Source: Centroscyllium fabricii (Eukaryota). From it: a DNA stretch of 64,000 nucleotides. Where the stretch lies: positions 558,001 through 622,000 of the forward strand of contig JBNRSN020000133.1 in assembly GCA_051313645.2 (NCBI GenBank), written 5' to 3'. Position 1 is the first letter of the stretch. Each line of letters begins with the position of its first letter. Positions 1-10,856 of this stretch are shown one piece after another. A program made the position numbers and the translations under genes. The notes beneath the pieces are model-generated. The model ran no database searches, was not told the origin of the DNA, and was given only the letters and a program-made list of their open reading frames with translations.

Positions 1-289
1 AGTTCGCCTTTCAGGACTTCAGTAGGTCCCAATCCCACCAAAGGTTTCTCATCCGGAACAGCGCACCCTTGGCAACACAGAAACCCCGCGATTGTTTGCA
101 CTGTATTGCCAGCCACGATTATGGGTCGAGGTCCTTGAGAGGAGCTTAAACTAACAAACTTCTGATCCAGAAGCAAGGCAGCTGCCAATGAACCAAGCTG
201 ACACTAATTTGATAAGAGGATATTTCCAAATCCCAGAAATCCCTTGGAAATGACACCACTGGAAATTGCAGATTGATAGTCCAATACAA

Positions 290-1380
290 CAACATCAAGT
301 TGCATTCATACAGCATCTTTAACGTTGCAAATTGGCGAAGACGCTTCACAGGAGCGCACTCAAACATCATTTGACACCAAGCCAAATAAGGAGATATTAT
401 AGCAGGTAACCAAAAGCTTGGTCAAAGTGGTAGGCTGCAAGGAGCGTCTGAAGGGAGAGACGGAGAGAGGCACAGATGGTTATGGAGAAAATTTCAGAGC
501 TCAGGACCTAGAGCGCTGAAGGCGCACATACAAATGGTGGGTGATGGAACCCACAAATGGCCAGATATGGAGGAACGCAAGGATCTCTGAGGAAATTAGG
601 ATTGATGGCGCTTAAGAGGAGGGGTGTGGCCTTGGAGTGATTGTAATCATGGATAAGCATTTTACAACTGACGCATTGCGAGACCAGGAGCCAAAGTAAT
701 TCAGTGAGCATATGGGTGATGACTGAATTGGAGTTGGTGCGATTTAAGATATGGGCCGCATAGTTTTGGATGAGCTCAAGCTTAAAGGAGGTAAAGGGTA
801 GATGGCCAGCCAGGGGTGTCTTGGAATGGTCGAGTCTGGAAAGTGAATAAGCAGCAGATGAGATGGGACAGGGTCAGCCACAGGCTCTATTACTGAGGTG
901 GAAGTAGGTGGTCATGGGGGCGGACAGGACATGGTCGGAAGCTCAGTTCAGCGTCAGTTATGATGCCAAGTTTGCAAACAGTCTGGTTCAGCCTCGGAAA
1001 ATTGTCAGGGAGCGAGCTCCAGTCCGTCGCTGGGAAATTGAGTTTGTGACGCAGTTTGAAGAACATGGCTTCCGTCTTCCCAATAATTAATAAGAGGAAA
1101 CCTCTGCTCATCCAATTCTTGATGTCGCACGAACACCGTCACAATTCAAGGGTACTGGCAGGGTTGAGAGAGGTGAGGGTGAGGTCGAGCTGGGTGCCTT
1201 CAGCCGACATGTGGACTCAGATTTTGGATGATGTCACCGAGTGGCACCGTGTAGATGAGAATTAGAAGGGCAGCAGGGATAGATCCTCTGGAGACTCGCG
1301 GCGTAATGGTGAGGGAGCTGGTAGTGACGCCATTGCAGGAAATTGTCTCTAACACTGGATATGTAAGCGGGGCACCAGGC
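290..1380 (-). mobile_element. Degenerate L2/CR1-clade LINE fragment
   Basis: L2-type 3' tail (aagttgcattcatacagcatctttaacg...) and decayed RT-like sequence, no intact ORF. Confidence 0.55.
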
Positions 1381-1705
1381 AATTAGAAAACTTGATGATC
1401 ATTTGGCGTTCTAAATGGTGACCGGATATTCGTCCACCTTTATTTACTCAGTTCTACAAGTAGATAACTCATTGGCCAATTGTAAATCACAGGAGCTCCG
1501 GAATCTGCCAATAATGGTGTGGATTAGTGCAACCGGATTGAAGGCCCACGTAATGTGTCTAACCACTGAGGAATGGAAATGTGCGGCACAGGTACAATAT
1601 TAGACAAGGGACATCAGATATATCTGAATCAAGTTGTAAATCATCATCACGGGGATAAAACGCACACAAACAAAGATTCTGGAAGACAGAGGTTTTCATT
1701 CTGCA

Positions 1706-1711
1706 TTTATT
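1706..1711 (-). terminator. polyadenylation signal of the secretory transcript
   Basis: AATAAA about 325 nt after the stop, followed by a GT-rich tract (TCTTTGTTTGTGTGCGTTTT). Confidence 0.75.
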
Positions 1712-2036
1712 GCAATTTGCGGAGCCACATACAGACTAAAGCGCCATTTCCTATATATCCAATAGCGTCACTGAACCCACAAGGGATCTACAAAAATGTT
1801 GCAACTTGTATAAACGGCACTATGGTTATTGGTGGTTTTCAGATTTTAAACATATTACTCCATCATTGACTGATATAGTTTCTTATATTAGTGAAATATC
1901 TCAACAATCGCTCTCTGATCTGGAGGGTGACAGTGAGGTTGGGTAAATGGGAGATTCGCTGATTCAGATGCTCAAACAGTGATGAACAGGACAGCGGAAA
2001 CACTTCTGTAGGAAGCAGCGACTCAACCACGGGAGG

Positions 2037-2419
2037 TTATGTACACGATGTAAAACTGTCGGTTAGAACAAGTGAAACATTCACTAAAGTAGGTTTACCG
2101 TGAGATTTATTTATACTTCTGATTAAATTCATTGTGAGGGAAGGGTGTCCCACTAAACAGGAGTAAGTGGTCCCGCTGGTCCACTCCGCCGCCGTCAGTC
2201 TCATTCTGCTGACAATGGAGCTGGAACCGTTTGTCTTCTCGGTGTCCACCTGGCTCGGGGAAGCTGAATGCAGAATGGTGTCATTGGCCATCCAAGCGAT
2301 GTAAATCTCGGCAGGATAAAATCCGGTGGCCAGACACACCAGGGTAGCCGTCTTCTCAGTGTCAATCTCGTCCACCGATGGATGTAGGACGTAAACTTTA
2401 GGAGGATACATTTCCCCAA
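2037..2419 (-). CDS. IgNAR: IgNAR C5 exon plus secretory tail
   Basis: VGEMYPPKVYVLHPSVDEIDTEKTATLVCLATGFYP...YSCLVGHPSLTMNLIRSINKSH-GKPTLVNVSLVLTDSFTSCT*. Internal donor G|GTAAAC at 2099/2098 is where the membrane form is expected to splice. Confidence 0.96.
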
Positions 2420-2848
2420 CTGGAAAGAGTAAAATATTTGTTAAACTGAGTCTGTCTCTTGTCAAAACTCCATTTCCCATCACCCTCTCTGTCAATGATA
2501 TTTCACACTTGGGCATTTTAAATTGTTTCCAATCAGTGAGAGTTTACACATTAGTCTGTGTGCTCAGGGATGTCCTTCATGCTCCTTCTTTAGGTGTTGT
2601 ATTGTGGTCTGATGTTAGTTTGTAAAGAGTTGGAGAAAATCACATATTTAAAAATCACTGGCACTGTTGGAACGCAACAGTTTCAAACGGTTTATATTTT
2701 TCATGCGAGTCTGTATCCGTGTGGTGAATGGCAGGTGATCCCAGATTATATTTCACGGACTATATGAGTATTAAATGTAAAGGCCGGATGGTTCGTTCCG
2801 ACCATTGGTCACCGAATCAGTGTCTGAACGAGTATTATCTTTGCTTAC

Positions 2849-3169
2849 CCTTTACATTTCTAGTGGAGACTTTCACTGGTGTGGGCAATTCACTGTCTTC
2901 TACGAAGCAGAGAAAGTCAACCCCACTGTCCCACTCTGCCCTGGTGACTTTCAGTTTACTAACGATGGCGGATTTACTCCCACTCCACTCTGGGGCACCA
3001 GTCTCGACTCCTTCCGCTCTCCCAATCCCATCCACTTGCCACGACACGCTGACGTTCTCCAGATCGCTGTAAACAACTTCACAAACAATGGTGGCTGTCC
3101 GTTTGGTCCAAATCTCTTCAAAGGGAGGGTTCAGTATATTGACCGAGATGACAGGCTCACGACAATCAT
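2849..3169 (-). CDS. IgNAR: IgNAR C4 exon
   Basis: 321 nt. DDCREPVISVNILNPPFEEIWTKRTATIVCEVVYSDLENVSVSW...WDSGVDFLCFVEDSELPTPVKVSTRNVK. Extra N-terminal Cys, probably interchain. Confidence 0.96.
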
Positions 3170-3858
3170 CTGGAAATAAGAGGGAGTGGATATTTCAAAC
3201 AGTTATGTTGAACCCTCGGGTAACAACAAACGCAACACACTCAGAGATGTTAAATAATTCCACTTACTGTAGTGAGTTCTGAATTTTCCAGGTTATGTCT
3301 GCTCAGCTAATAAGATGGCACGCCGCACTTCTGCACTTATTGATTTCGTCCCTCCGGTTCTTTGATGATGTCCTCGATAGTATTTCCGATCATTTATGCC
3401 ACAGCTCGATTATTGCCCTTCCTTTGATTTAATGGGGGCTACTTATCCCCGCTCCCGTGATGCAAATCCTCACCCATCAGAGTGACTGATGCTGGAGGCC
3501 AAACGCTGGCATGTGGGTTGCATGTGACGGGTTCAAATTCAGCTCAGCTAAACTGACTAAACGTCCTCTCTATTGCAGCCCTAGTGGATGGGTCTGAAAT
3601 GAGCTTATCCTGGTCTGACCATTGAATGGAGACATGCCCACAGCATCAGCACCAAGCTGCAAATGTTCTGCATCATTTGACTCCGATTCCGCTGTCTCAC
3701 TTAGAGTTTTGAGCATGTGACCACCCTTGCAATTGTGCCCCATTGTTCGCAGATTGAGGTGTTAAGGTATGCTAATATGCTTGTGTGCTCTAGGGGAAGA
3801 GGTCGGATTTCTCCCTTCCTCCGATATGTGTGATCTTTAAATCAGTCTCTTCTGTCTG

Positions 3859-3945
3859 TCACCTGAGGAAGGAGCAGCGCTCCGAAAGCTTGTGATTTAA
3901 AATAAAACGTTGGACTATAAACCTGGTGTTGTGTGACTTTTTTCA
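3859..3945 (+). mobile_element. Penelope-like pLTR remnant with minimal hammerhead motif
   Basis: tcac-CTGAGGA-a-ggagc-agc-gctcc-GAAA-gctt-gtga, then aataaaa. The same unit recurs at about 8470, 9711 and 46470. Confidence 0.7.
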
Positions 3946-4600
3946 CTTAGAGAGTGGAATGTGTTTTGAAGCAACATAGGAACAGCACCTCAGCCTAGGA
4001 AGGAGCGCTGTTGCGAAGGCTGAGGGTTAATACACCATTGTTTGAAGTGTGTAAAGTGAGATAATCGATAATTTTACCATGAGATATCTGACAGGAATTG
4101 CTCGCTATTGACATCACTGACAATGGGAAGGTCGTCTCTAGTATCTATACCTTTACAACTGAAAGGGAATTAATCCCTGAAATTGGAAAACATGCCTTCA
4201 GTTTAAAGTAAAATGATCCTCTGGACGTTGAAGTCGTTCCTTTATTGGTGCATGACAAAAAAATCTAAAAGAATGAACAATGCCCCCTTTTTGTTGTAAC
4301 TAACAGATCAATGCATTACTTGAAAATGATAGACGCCACTTTCATTATATTCCCGAGTACGGCAACCCTGAAATTCCCAACACACCCAGAGGTGACCAAA
4401 ATGAGGAGTCATTGCTCAAGTCGAACATTGTAAAGTTGTTTTGAAATCTTAAGCTAAAATTGGCCTCAGTGATGGCAATGCTCCGGGGTGAGTGTTGTAT
4501 GAGCTGTTGCCGGACTGATCACTTCCATTTTCCCCTCTCCCCAACTCACACATGTTCTGGGGGTGCTGTAAAAGCTGTTGCCTGACTGATTATAATCAGT

Positions 4601-4912
4601 CAGGCACGATGGCATACTGGGTAGCACTGTTGCCTCAAAGCACCAGGGGCCCGGGTTCAAATCCGGCCTCGGGTGACTTATCTGTGTGGAGTTTGCACAT
4701 TTTCCCCGTGTCTGCGTGGGTTTCCTCCGGGTGCTCCGGTTTCCTCCCACAGTCCAAAGATGTGCGGGTTAGGTTGATTGGCCAGGTTAAATTGACACTT
4801 TGTGTTAGGGGGATTAAATATGTGGGGGTACGGGGATAAGTTGGGATATGCGTTGGTGCAGACTCGATGGGCCGAAATGGCCTCTATCTGCACTGTAGTG
4901 ATTCTGTGATTC
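4601..4912 (+). mobile_element. tRNA-derived V-SINE (HE1-like)
   Basis: A/B-box head, conserved V-domain (ctgtgtggagtttgcac...cctcccacagtccaaaga) and CR1-type tail. Confidence 0.85.
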
Positions 4913-5523
4913 GATGAATCACTTCCATTTTCCCCTCTCCCCAACACACACATGCTCCTTTCTACTGGGACCCCTGATTGAATCGTGTTCAGTTGCCATC
5001 CCTTCATAACACAGTGGGACATATTTCACAGTGTATGTTACAAGGTTACTCCTTTTTGAAGGTGTTTCGCGATATGTTCAATACAAAATATTACTATCCT
5101 TTGGCAGTTAAACAAAATAGTTGGGTGAGCAGAAATGAGAATGTCTGATGGCTGGTTGCAATAAAATGGCTCAACTCAACAGGTTTAACCAGTAAACCGT
5201 GTTTAAACACGGAGCTACTTTGAAGCAATCAGCAGCAGACATTTCACATGTAGGAAATGGGCTGATTCCATCAATGAAATCTTCACCCCTCTCTTCTAAA
5301 ATAAAGAGAATGGGCAACTTTACATTCATATCCTGTCGGTTTACTGACAACTCTGAAATGGCACGAGGATCTTAAAGTTGCTAATTAAATGTCTGTTGTT
5401 GTTGTTACTCAGGTACAGGCTCTACTGAAGATGGTCGCCTTGAGTATCTGTCTCAAGTGACCACTCTTAGTGGATCCGCAGGTAGAGTGAGTATCAACAG
5501 CCTTTTCCACAGTAAAATTATCA

Positions 5524-6153
5524 GAGACCCGCCCAGTCCCCCTCCAGCAGAGGTGTAAACATGGCGACTTCCACCAGGCCTCCTCAGAGCCCTTTCCAGT
5601 CCTCCCCCAGCAGAGCTGTAAACACAGGAACTTCCAGCAGGCCTCATCAGAGCCCCGTCCTGTCCTCCCCCAGCAGAGCTGTAAACACAGGGATTTCCAG
5701 CAGGCCGCCTCGGAGCCCCGTCCAGTCCTCCCCGAGCAGAGCTGTAAACACAGGGACTTCCAGCAGGCCTCCTCGGAGCCCCGTCCTGTCCTCCCCGAGC
5801 AGAGCTGTAAACACACGGACTTCCAGCAGGCCTCATCAGAGTCCCGTCCAGTCCTCCACGAGCAGAGCTGTAAACACACGGACTTCCAGCAGGCCTCATC
5901 AGAGCCCCGTCCTGTCCTCCCCCAGCAGAGCTGTAAACACAGGGACTGCCACCAGGCCTCCTCAGAGTCCCGTCCAGTCCACCCCCAGCAGAGCTGTAAA
6001 CACACGGACTTCCAGCAGGCCTTCTCAGAGTCCCGTCCAGTCCTCCCTCAGCAGAGCTGTAAACACAGGAACTTCCACCAGGCCTCCTCAGAGTCCCGTC
6101 CAGTCCTCCCCCAGCAGAGCTGTAAAAATGTCGACTGCCACCAGGTCTCATCA
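5524..6153. repeat. 60-bp minisatellite, ~10 copies, in the C3-C4 intron
   Basis: Unit ~ cccgtccagtcctcccccagcagagctgtaaacacagggacttccagcaggcctcctcagagt, giving 20-aa periodic ORFs. Confidence 0.95.
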
Positions 6154-7205
6154 GATAGGAGGAAGAGGAAAGAGCGGTTGTTTGCTCAGTGAACCGGATG
6201 TGCCTTGGCCACTGCAAATTCCAAAATGCCCAACGTTGAGATCAGTTCATTTAGCAATAACCGGCGGTGGAACATGGAGGCTTCTGAATGTGCAGGTCTC
6301 GCCATTAAACTGAACAGGTGCTTAGCAACCGGAGGATCTCTAGTATTAAGTGTTTGTGATTGCGCCTAACAGCAGGTTTTGCACTCTTGTGTCCTCTCCA
6401 TTGCTCACTGATGTTTGAGATCTGTTGGTCGCCCTCTGGTATCTCAGCCGATTGTGAGTTCGCGCAAACAGTCAGTATGGGCCTTGTCAATTCTCTTATT
6501 TCCTTACTGCTGTTTGAGATATGTTGTTCGCCCTCCAGTACCTCAGCCAATTGAATATTCAGCGTGAGTCTGTGCACACGGTCAGTATCAGCTGGCTGTT
6601 ATATCGCGAGTGCATCGCAGACAAGTCCTACAGTGTCATCACCAGAATGACCCAGGCGCAGTTACTGTAGATCAGGAAAGAACCAGGCGCTTTACTACTT
6701 CGAGAATCAATGGTCACTGAGACCGATAACAAGGCCACTAACACAGCCAGGTGAAATCAACGAACTCAGCAGAAAACGGGAATCCAACATGAGATCTAGG
6801 GAAGTTTGAATGCTTCCACGTCCCTAGCACGGGGCTGCTGAGACCATTATTGTGCAAACATGTTGATTTGTTTGAATAAAAACAATTTGTGATGAAAAAA
6901 TAACCACAGGAGCGGAGTTCGTAATCATCAAAACTGAAGGCCACATAATTGGGTTCAGACCATGAAGACATTATGTGTGCTCTCCTGTAATGTCTAACGC
7001 TGGTAGTTCAGAAGATTGGAATGCTTGAAACCTACAAAGATACTCCCGTCAATTGGTTGCACCCCCTGAGAACTGGCTACTTTTGTCTTTTATTTCACTG
7101 CCTGCAACCACTCAGTGTTGTGCTAGACCTAAGTCAGGAAGTCCAGAGTGAAGCAAACACCCTGCAATGTCTAATCCCCACATAGTGTTAGGCACGCTGT
7201 GTCTT

Positions 7206-7797
7206 TGGAAACATAGAAACAGAGAAGATAAGAGCTGGAGTAGGCATTTCGGCCCCTCGAGACTGCTTCGCCATTTAATGCGATCATGGATGATCATCCA
7301 AATTCCTGTCCCTGCCTTCTCCCCATAGCCCTTGATCCCGTTAGAATAAATAAATATATCTAACTCCTTCTTGAATATGTTTAATGAATTGGCCTCTACT
7401 GCCCTCTGTGGTAGAGAATTGCACAGGTTCACCACTCTCTGGGTGAAGAAATTCCTCGTCATTTCTATGCTAAATGGATTACCCCTGACCGTTACACTGT
7501 GACCCTTGGGTATGGACTATCCGGCCATCGGGAACATCCTTCCTGCATCTAGTCTGTCCAGTCCTGTTATAATTTTATAAGTTTCAATGAGATCCCCCCT
7601 CAATCTTCTAAACTCCAGCGAGTATAATCCCAATCGACACAATCTCTCCTCATACGTCATTCCTGCCGTCCCAGGTATCAGTCTGGTGAATCTTCGCTGC
7701 ACTCCTTCATGGCAAGAGCATCCTTCCTCAGATAAGGCGACCAAAACTGTACACAATACCTAAGGTGTGGTCTCACCAAGGCCCTGTAGAACTGTAG
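7206..7797 (-). mobile_element. CR1 (HER1-like) LINE 3' fragment
   Basis: EGVQRRFTRLIPG...LGLYSLEFRRLRGDLIETYKI and a (TTTCTATG) tail. Confidence 0.9.
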
Positions 7798-8097
7798 TTG
7801 TGTAGAGATTGCCCCCGGTCAACAGTATACCGTGCAGTGAAGGTAACAAATCCTGACCCTGTCCCATTCTCATCACTGGTCCTCACATAGCTTGTCATGG
7901 CGCACATATTGCGCGCTGATCAATTTATCATCAGCTTGCCACCTGTGAGTTAAGGCAGCATTAATTGATGTCCATACGGTTTGTTAGACCTGTAACCTAG
8001 AGTGATCTGATCACTGGGGCTTTTGTTGTTCAATGTTGGCTTTAGATGTAAATGCAAAACGCTGATTGTGTGAATGTATTTGGGGAACCGTCCCTAC

Positions 8098-8415
8098 CTT
8101 TCGAGCTGATGATGGTCCCCTTCACGGTGGATTGTGAAGGTGGGTGTGAGGCGGCGCAGGTGTATGCTGATCCTCTCTTCCATTCCGCTGAAGGTACAGT
8201 GAGGAGGCTCCTTGTGCTGAAGGTCTGGTCCTGTTCAAGAGCAGTGGGGAAACGTGTGACGTTCGCGCTCAAAGCAGCTCCGTCCTTCTCCCAGGAAACG
8301 GTGATGTTGTTTGGGTAGAATCCTCTTATCAAACAGGTGAGACTGGCGGCTGTCATACTTTGAATCTCCTCTGGCGATGGAGGCAGGAGGCGGACATTTG
8401 GCTTCACTGGGTCCA
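8098..8415 (-). CDS. IgNAR: IgNAR C3 exon
   Basis: 318 nt. VDPVKPNVRLLPPSPEEIQSMTAASLTCLIRGFYP...WKRGSAYTCAASHPPSQSTVKGTIISSK. Confidence 0.96.
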
Positions 8416-8454
8416 CTGTAACAAAAGTTCACCCAGTGTTAGTCTCCCATCCAC

Positions 8455-8660
8455 TGCCACTGGGAAACAACTGTAAGAAGTCTTACAACATCAGGTTATA
8501 GTCCAACAGTTTTATTTGAAATCACAAGCTTTCGGATAGGTGCTCATTCATCAGGTGCATGTAAAAGAGATTTCAAATAAAACTGTTGGACTATAACCTG
8601 GTGTTGTGTGACTTCTTACAATTGTCCACCCCAGTCCAACACCGGCACCGCCACATCACA
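8455..8660. mobile_element. Inverted pair of Penelope-like pLTR remnants filling the C2-C3 intron
   Basis: 8467-8523 is the near reverse complement of 8568-8624. Confidence 0.75.
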
Positions 8661-8689
8661 GGAAAGCAAGGCTGTAGAGGTTTACCCAC

Positions 8690-8992
8690 CTTTTGCCTTT
8701 GCTGTTCGTTTTGATACCGCAGTAGATGATTGGCCCTCCTGTGCCGAACACGAGTATTCAACCCCGCTCTCCCACTCTTCCACACTGCTGGTCAAGCGGC
8801 CAATGGTCAAGTACTGTTCTCCATACTTTGTACCTGGTTCGGTCAGAACTCCTTCAGTCCTCATCTTTCCATCCACTGTCCAAGAGATTGCAATCACCTT
8901 GGGGACTGTAGAGACAACTTCGCACACCAAGGTGGCAGTTTTATTGATCCAAATGTCTTGCACGGAAGGATCTCTGAGGAATACTGCGAGCT
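8690..8992 (-). CDS. IgNAR: IgNAR C2 exon
   Basis: 303 nt. ELAVFLRDPSVQDIWINKTATLVCEVVS...WESGVEYSCSAQEGQSSTAVSKRTAKAK. CAG acceptor, GTGGGT donor keeps phase 1. Confidence 0.95.
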
Positions 8993-9199
8993 CTGTCAGT
9001 GAGAAACCAGAGGTTCAGAATCCGGGCAATATTTTAGTGTTGACGATTTCGTACCATTAACAAGGATTTTAATTTCAATTTTAATCGATAGCAGGGCAAG
9101 ATGTGATCATGTCTCTCAATGATTATTATTGAGTTTAAAGCATTATTTTGTTTTTTCCACTTGTGTCGAGTCGCATCATAACTTTGTAAAATTCATCTA

Positions 9200-9705
9200 A
9201 ACAGAGAGAGCGACAGAGAGACATAAAGAGAGGGAGAGAGATACAGAGACAGAGAAAAAACAGAGACATAAAGTAACAGAGACATAGGGAGAAACAAAGA
9301 TAAAGAGACCGATAGAGAGACAGACAGAGGCAGAGAGAGGGGGACAGACAGAGACAACTATATAAAGAGAGTGTGAGAGACAGGGGACGGAGAAATACAG
9401 AGACCCAAAGAGAGAGAAATATGGGAAAAAACAGAGACAGACAGGTAGAGGGAGAGATGCAGAGAATGAGGGACAGACAGATATGGATATATAAAGAGAG
9501 GGAGATATACAGGCAGTCAGAGAGTGAGGCAGAGACAGAATGAGAGGCAGAGAGAGACATAGAGAGTGGAGGGTGTTGTGGGGCAGAGACAGGGTCATAG
9601 GGAAGAACGAGAAACAGAGTGAGTCCGAGGCAGAAATTGAGAGATAGAAAGTGTGATAGAGGGGAACAGAGAGACAGAGACTGACAGAGAGACAAAACTA
9701 GATAT
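9200..9705. repeat. Degenerate (GA)n/(GACA)n tract
   Basis: Purine-rich on plus strand, so a polypyrimidine tract on the IgNAR sense strand. Confidence 0.9.
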
Positions 9706-9710
9706 ATGGA

Positions 9711-9886
9711 CATGATGTGGAGGTGCCGGTGTTGGACTGGGGTGGACAAATGCAAGGAGTCACACAACACACAGTTTTATTTTGAATCACAATCTTTCGG
9801 AGCGCTGCTCCTTCGTCAGGTGAAGAAAGCTTGTGATTCAAAATAAAACCGTTGGACCATATAACCTGGTGTTGTGTGACTTCTTA
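9711..9886. mobile_element. Inverted pair of Penelope-like pLTR remnants in the C1-C2 intron
   Basis: Minus copy 9711-9823 with hammerhead core CTGACGA...GAAA, and plus copy 9826-9886. Confidence 0.75.
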
Positions 9887-10856
9887 GATATACAGAGGAA
9901 GAGAGAGAGGGATAATGAATTAATTATACAGGGTAGAAGACATTCGGTCCATCATGATTTGGAGCTCCCTGAAAGTGCTTTCCACTTAGTCATGTGTCCC
10001 TGGCCCTTAGCCATGCATTTTAAAGAATATATTTAAACGACAGAACAGCTTTTTTTTGCCTGGTTTTGTGATCATATCTGTCGGTTTAATCTAGTGACAG
10101 GCGTATCTCGCTGTCTAGCTCTCTCTCCATTTATCTCGCTCCCTCATCTCACTCACACTCATTTTCTGTCTATCATTCTCTCTTTCCTTCTCTCTCTCCC
10201 TCGGTCCTTTTTTGCTCCGTTCCTCTCTCACCCGTTTCATTGTTGTGCCAATATCTAGCAGCAAATGCAATAAATTCCCACAAGTGTAACAAGTAATAGA
10301 GCCACGCTGTTAAAATGTGATTCTCTTTGAGTAAAGTATGCCCAAAGCTCTATCTTTCTGTTCTGTTTTGCCTGGATTGATTTGGTAAATTAATTCAATC
10401 GGGTGTATCAAAATCCGTTATACATCGTTTGTAATATCATAAAAGATTATGCTCGATGTGTTTGTTGTCTACAGCACAATACTCGTGTATGTTTCAAGAC
10501 ATTTTGGAACATCCACCAGGCAGCGAGAGCCGTCAGGTACTACACCCATGCCGCTGAAACCTAGATTGATTGAATGAGAAAGCACTGAACGAGGCCATTC
10601 GGCCTATCATACCTGTGCCGGCTCTTTGAAAGATCACCTTCTGTTACCTCGGCCATTGCCGCTGAAACAAATCCAAATCTCTGTGGTAGCATTTCACTGC
10701 CCGTTAAACTGGCAGGGATCTCACTCAGGACCAGTTCAGTGATGTTTCATCCTCACCGGTAAATTATTACTATAACATCCCAATTAATACAATCCTGATA
10801 AAGAAAGGGAGAATGTTTCACCTGTACAAGCTTGTGAATTGGTTACATTTGCTCAC

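Noticed and set aside
1-1700. Expected IgNAR transmembrane exons
   Set aside because: No hydrophobic CART-motif exon seen. The region is LINE-derived, so the exons probably lie beyond the window edge.
3460-3467. Octamer ATGCAAAT in the C3-C4 intron
   Set aside because: Isolated 8-mer expected by chance, with no supporting motif cluster.
5409-6313. 200-250 aa ORFs on both strands
   Set aside because: Products of the stop-free 60-bp minisatellite, with no splice or domain support.
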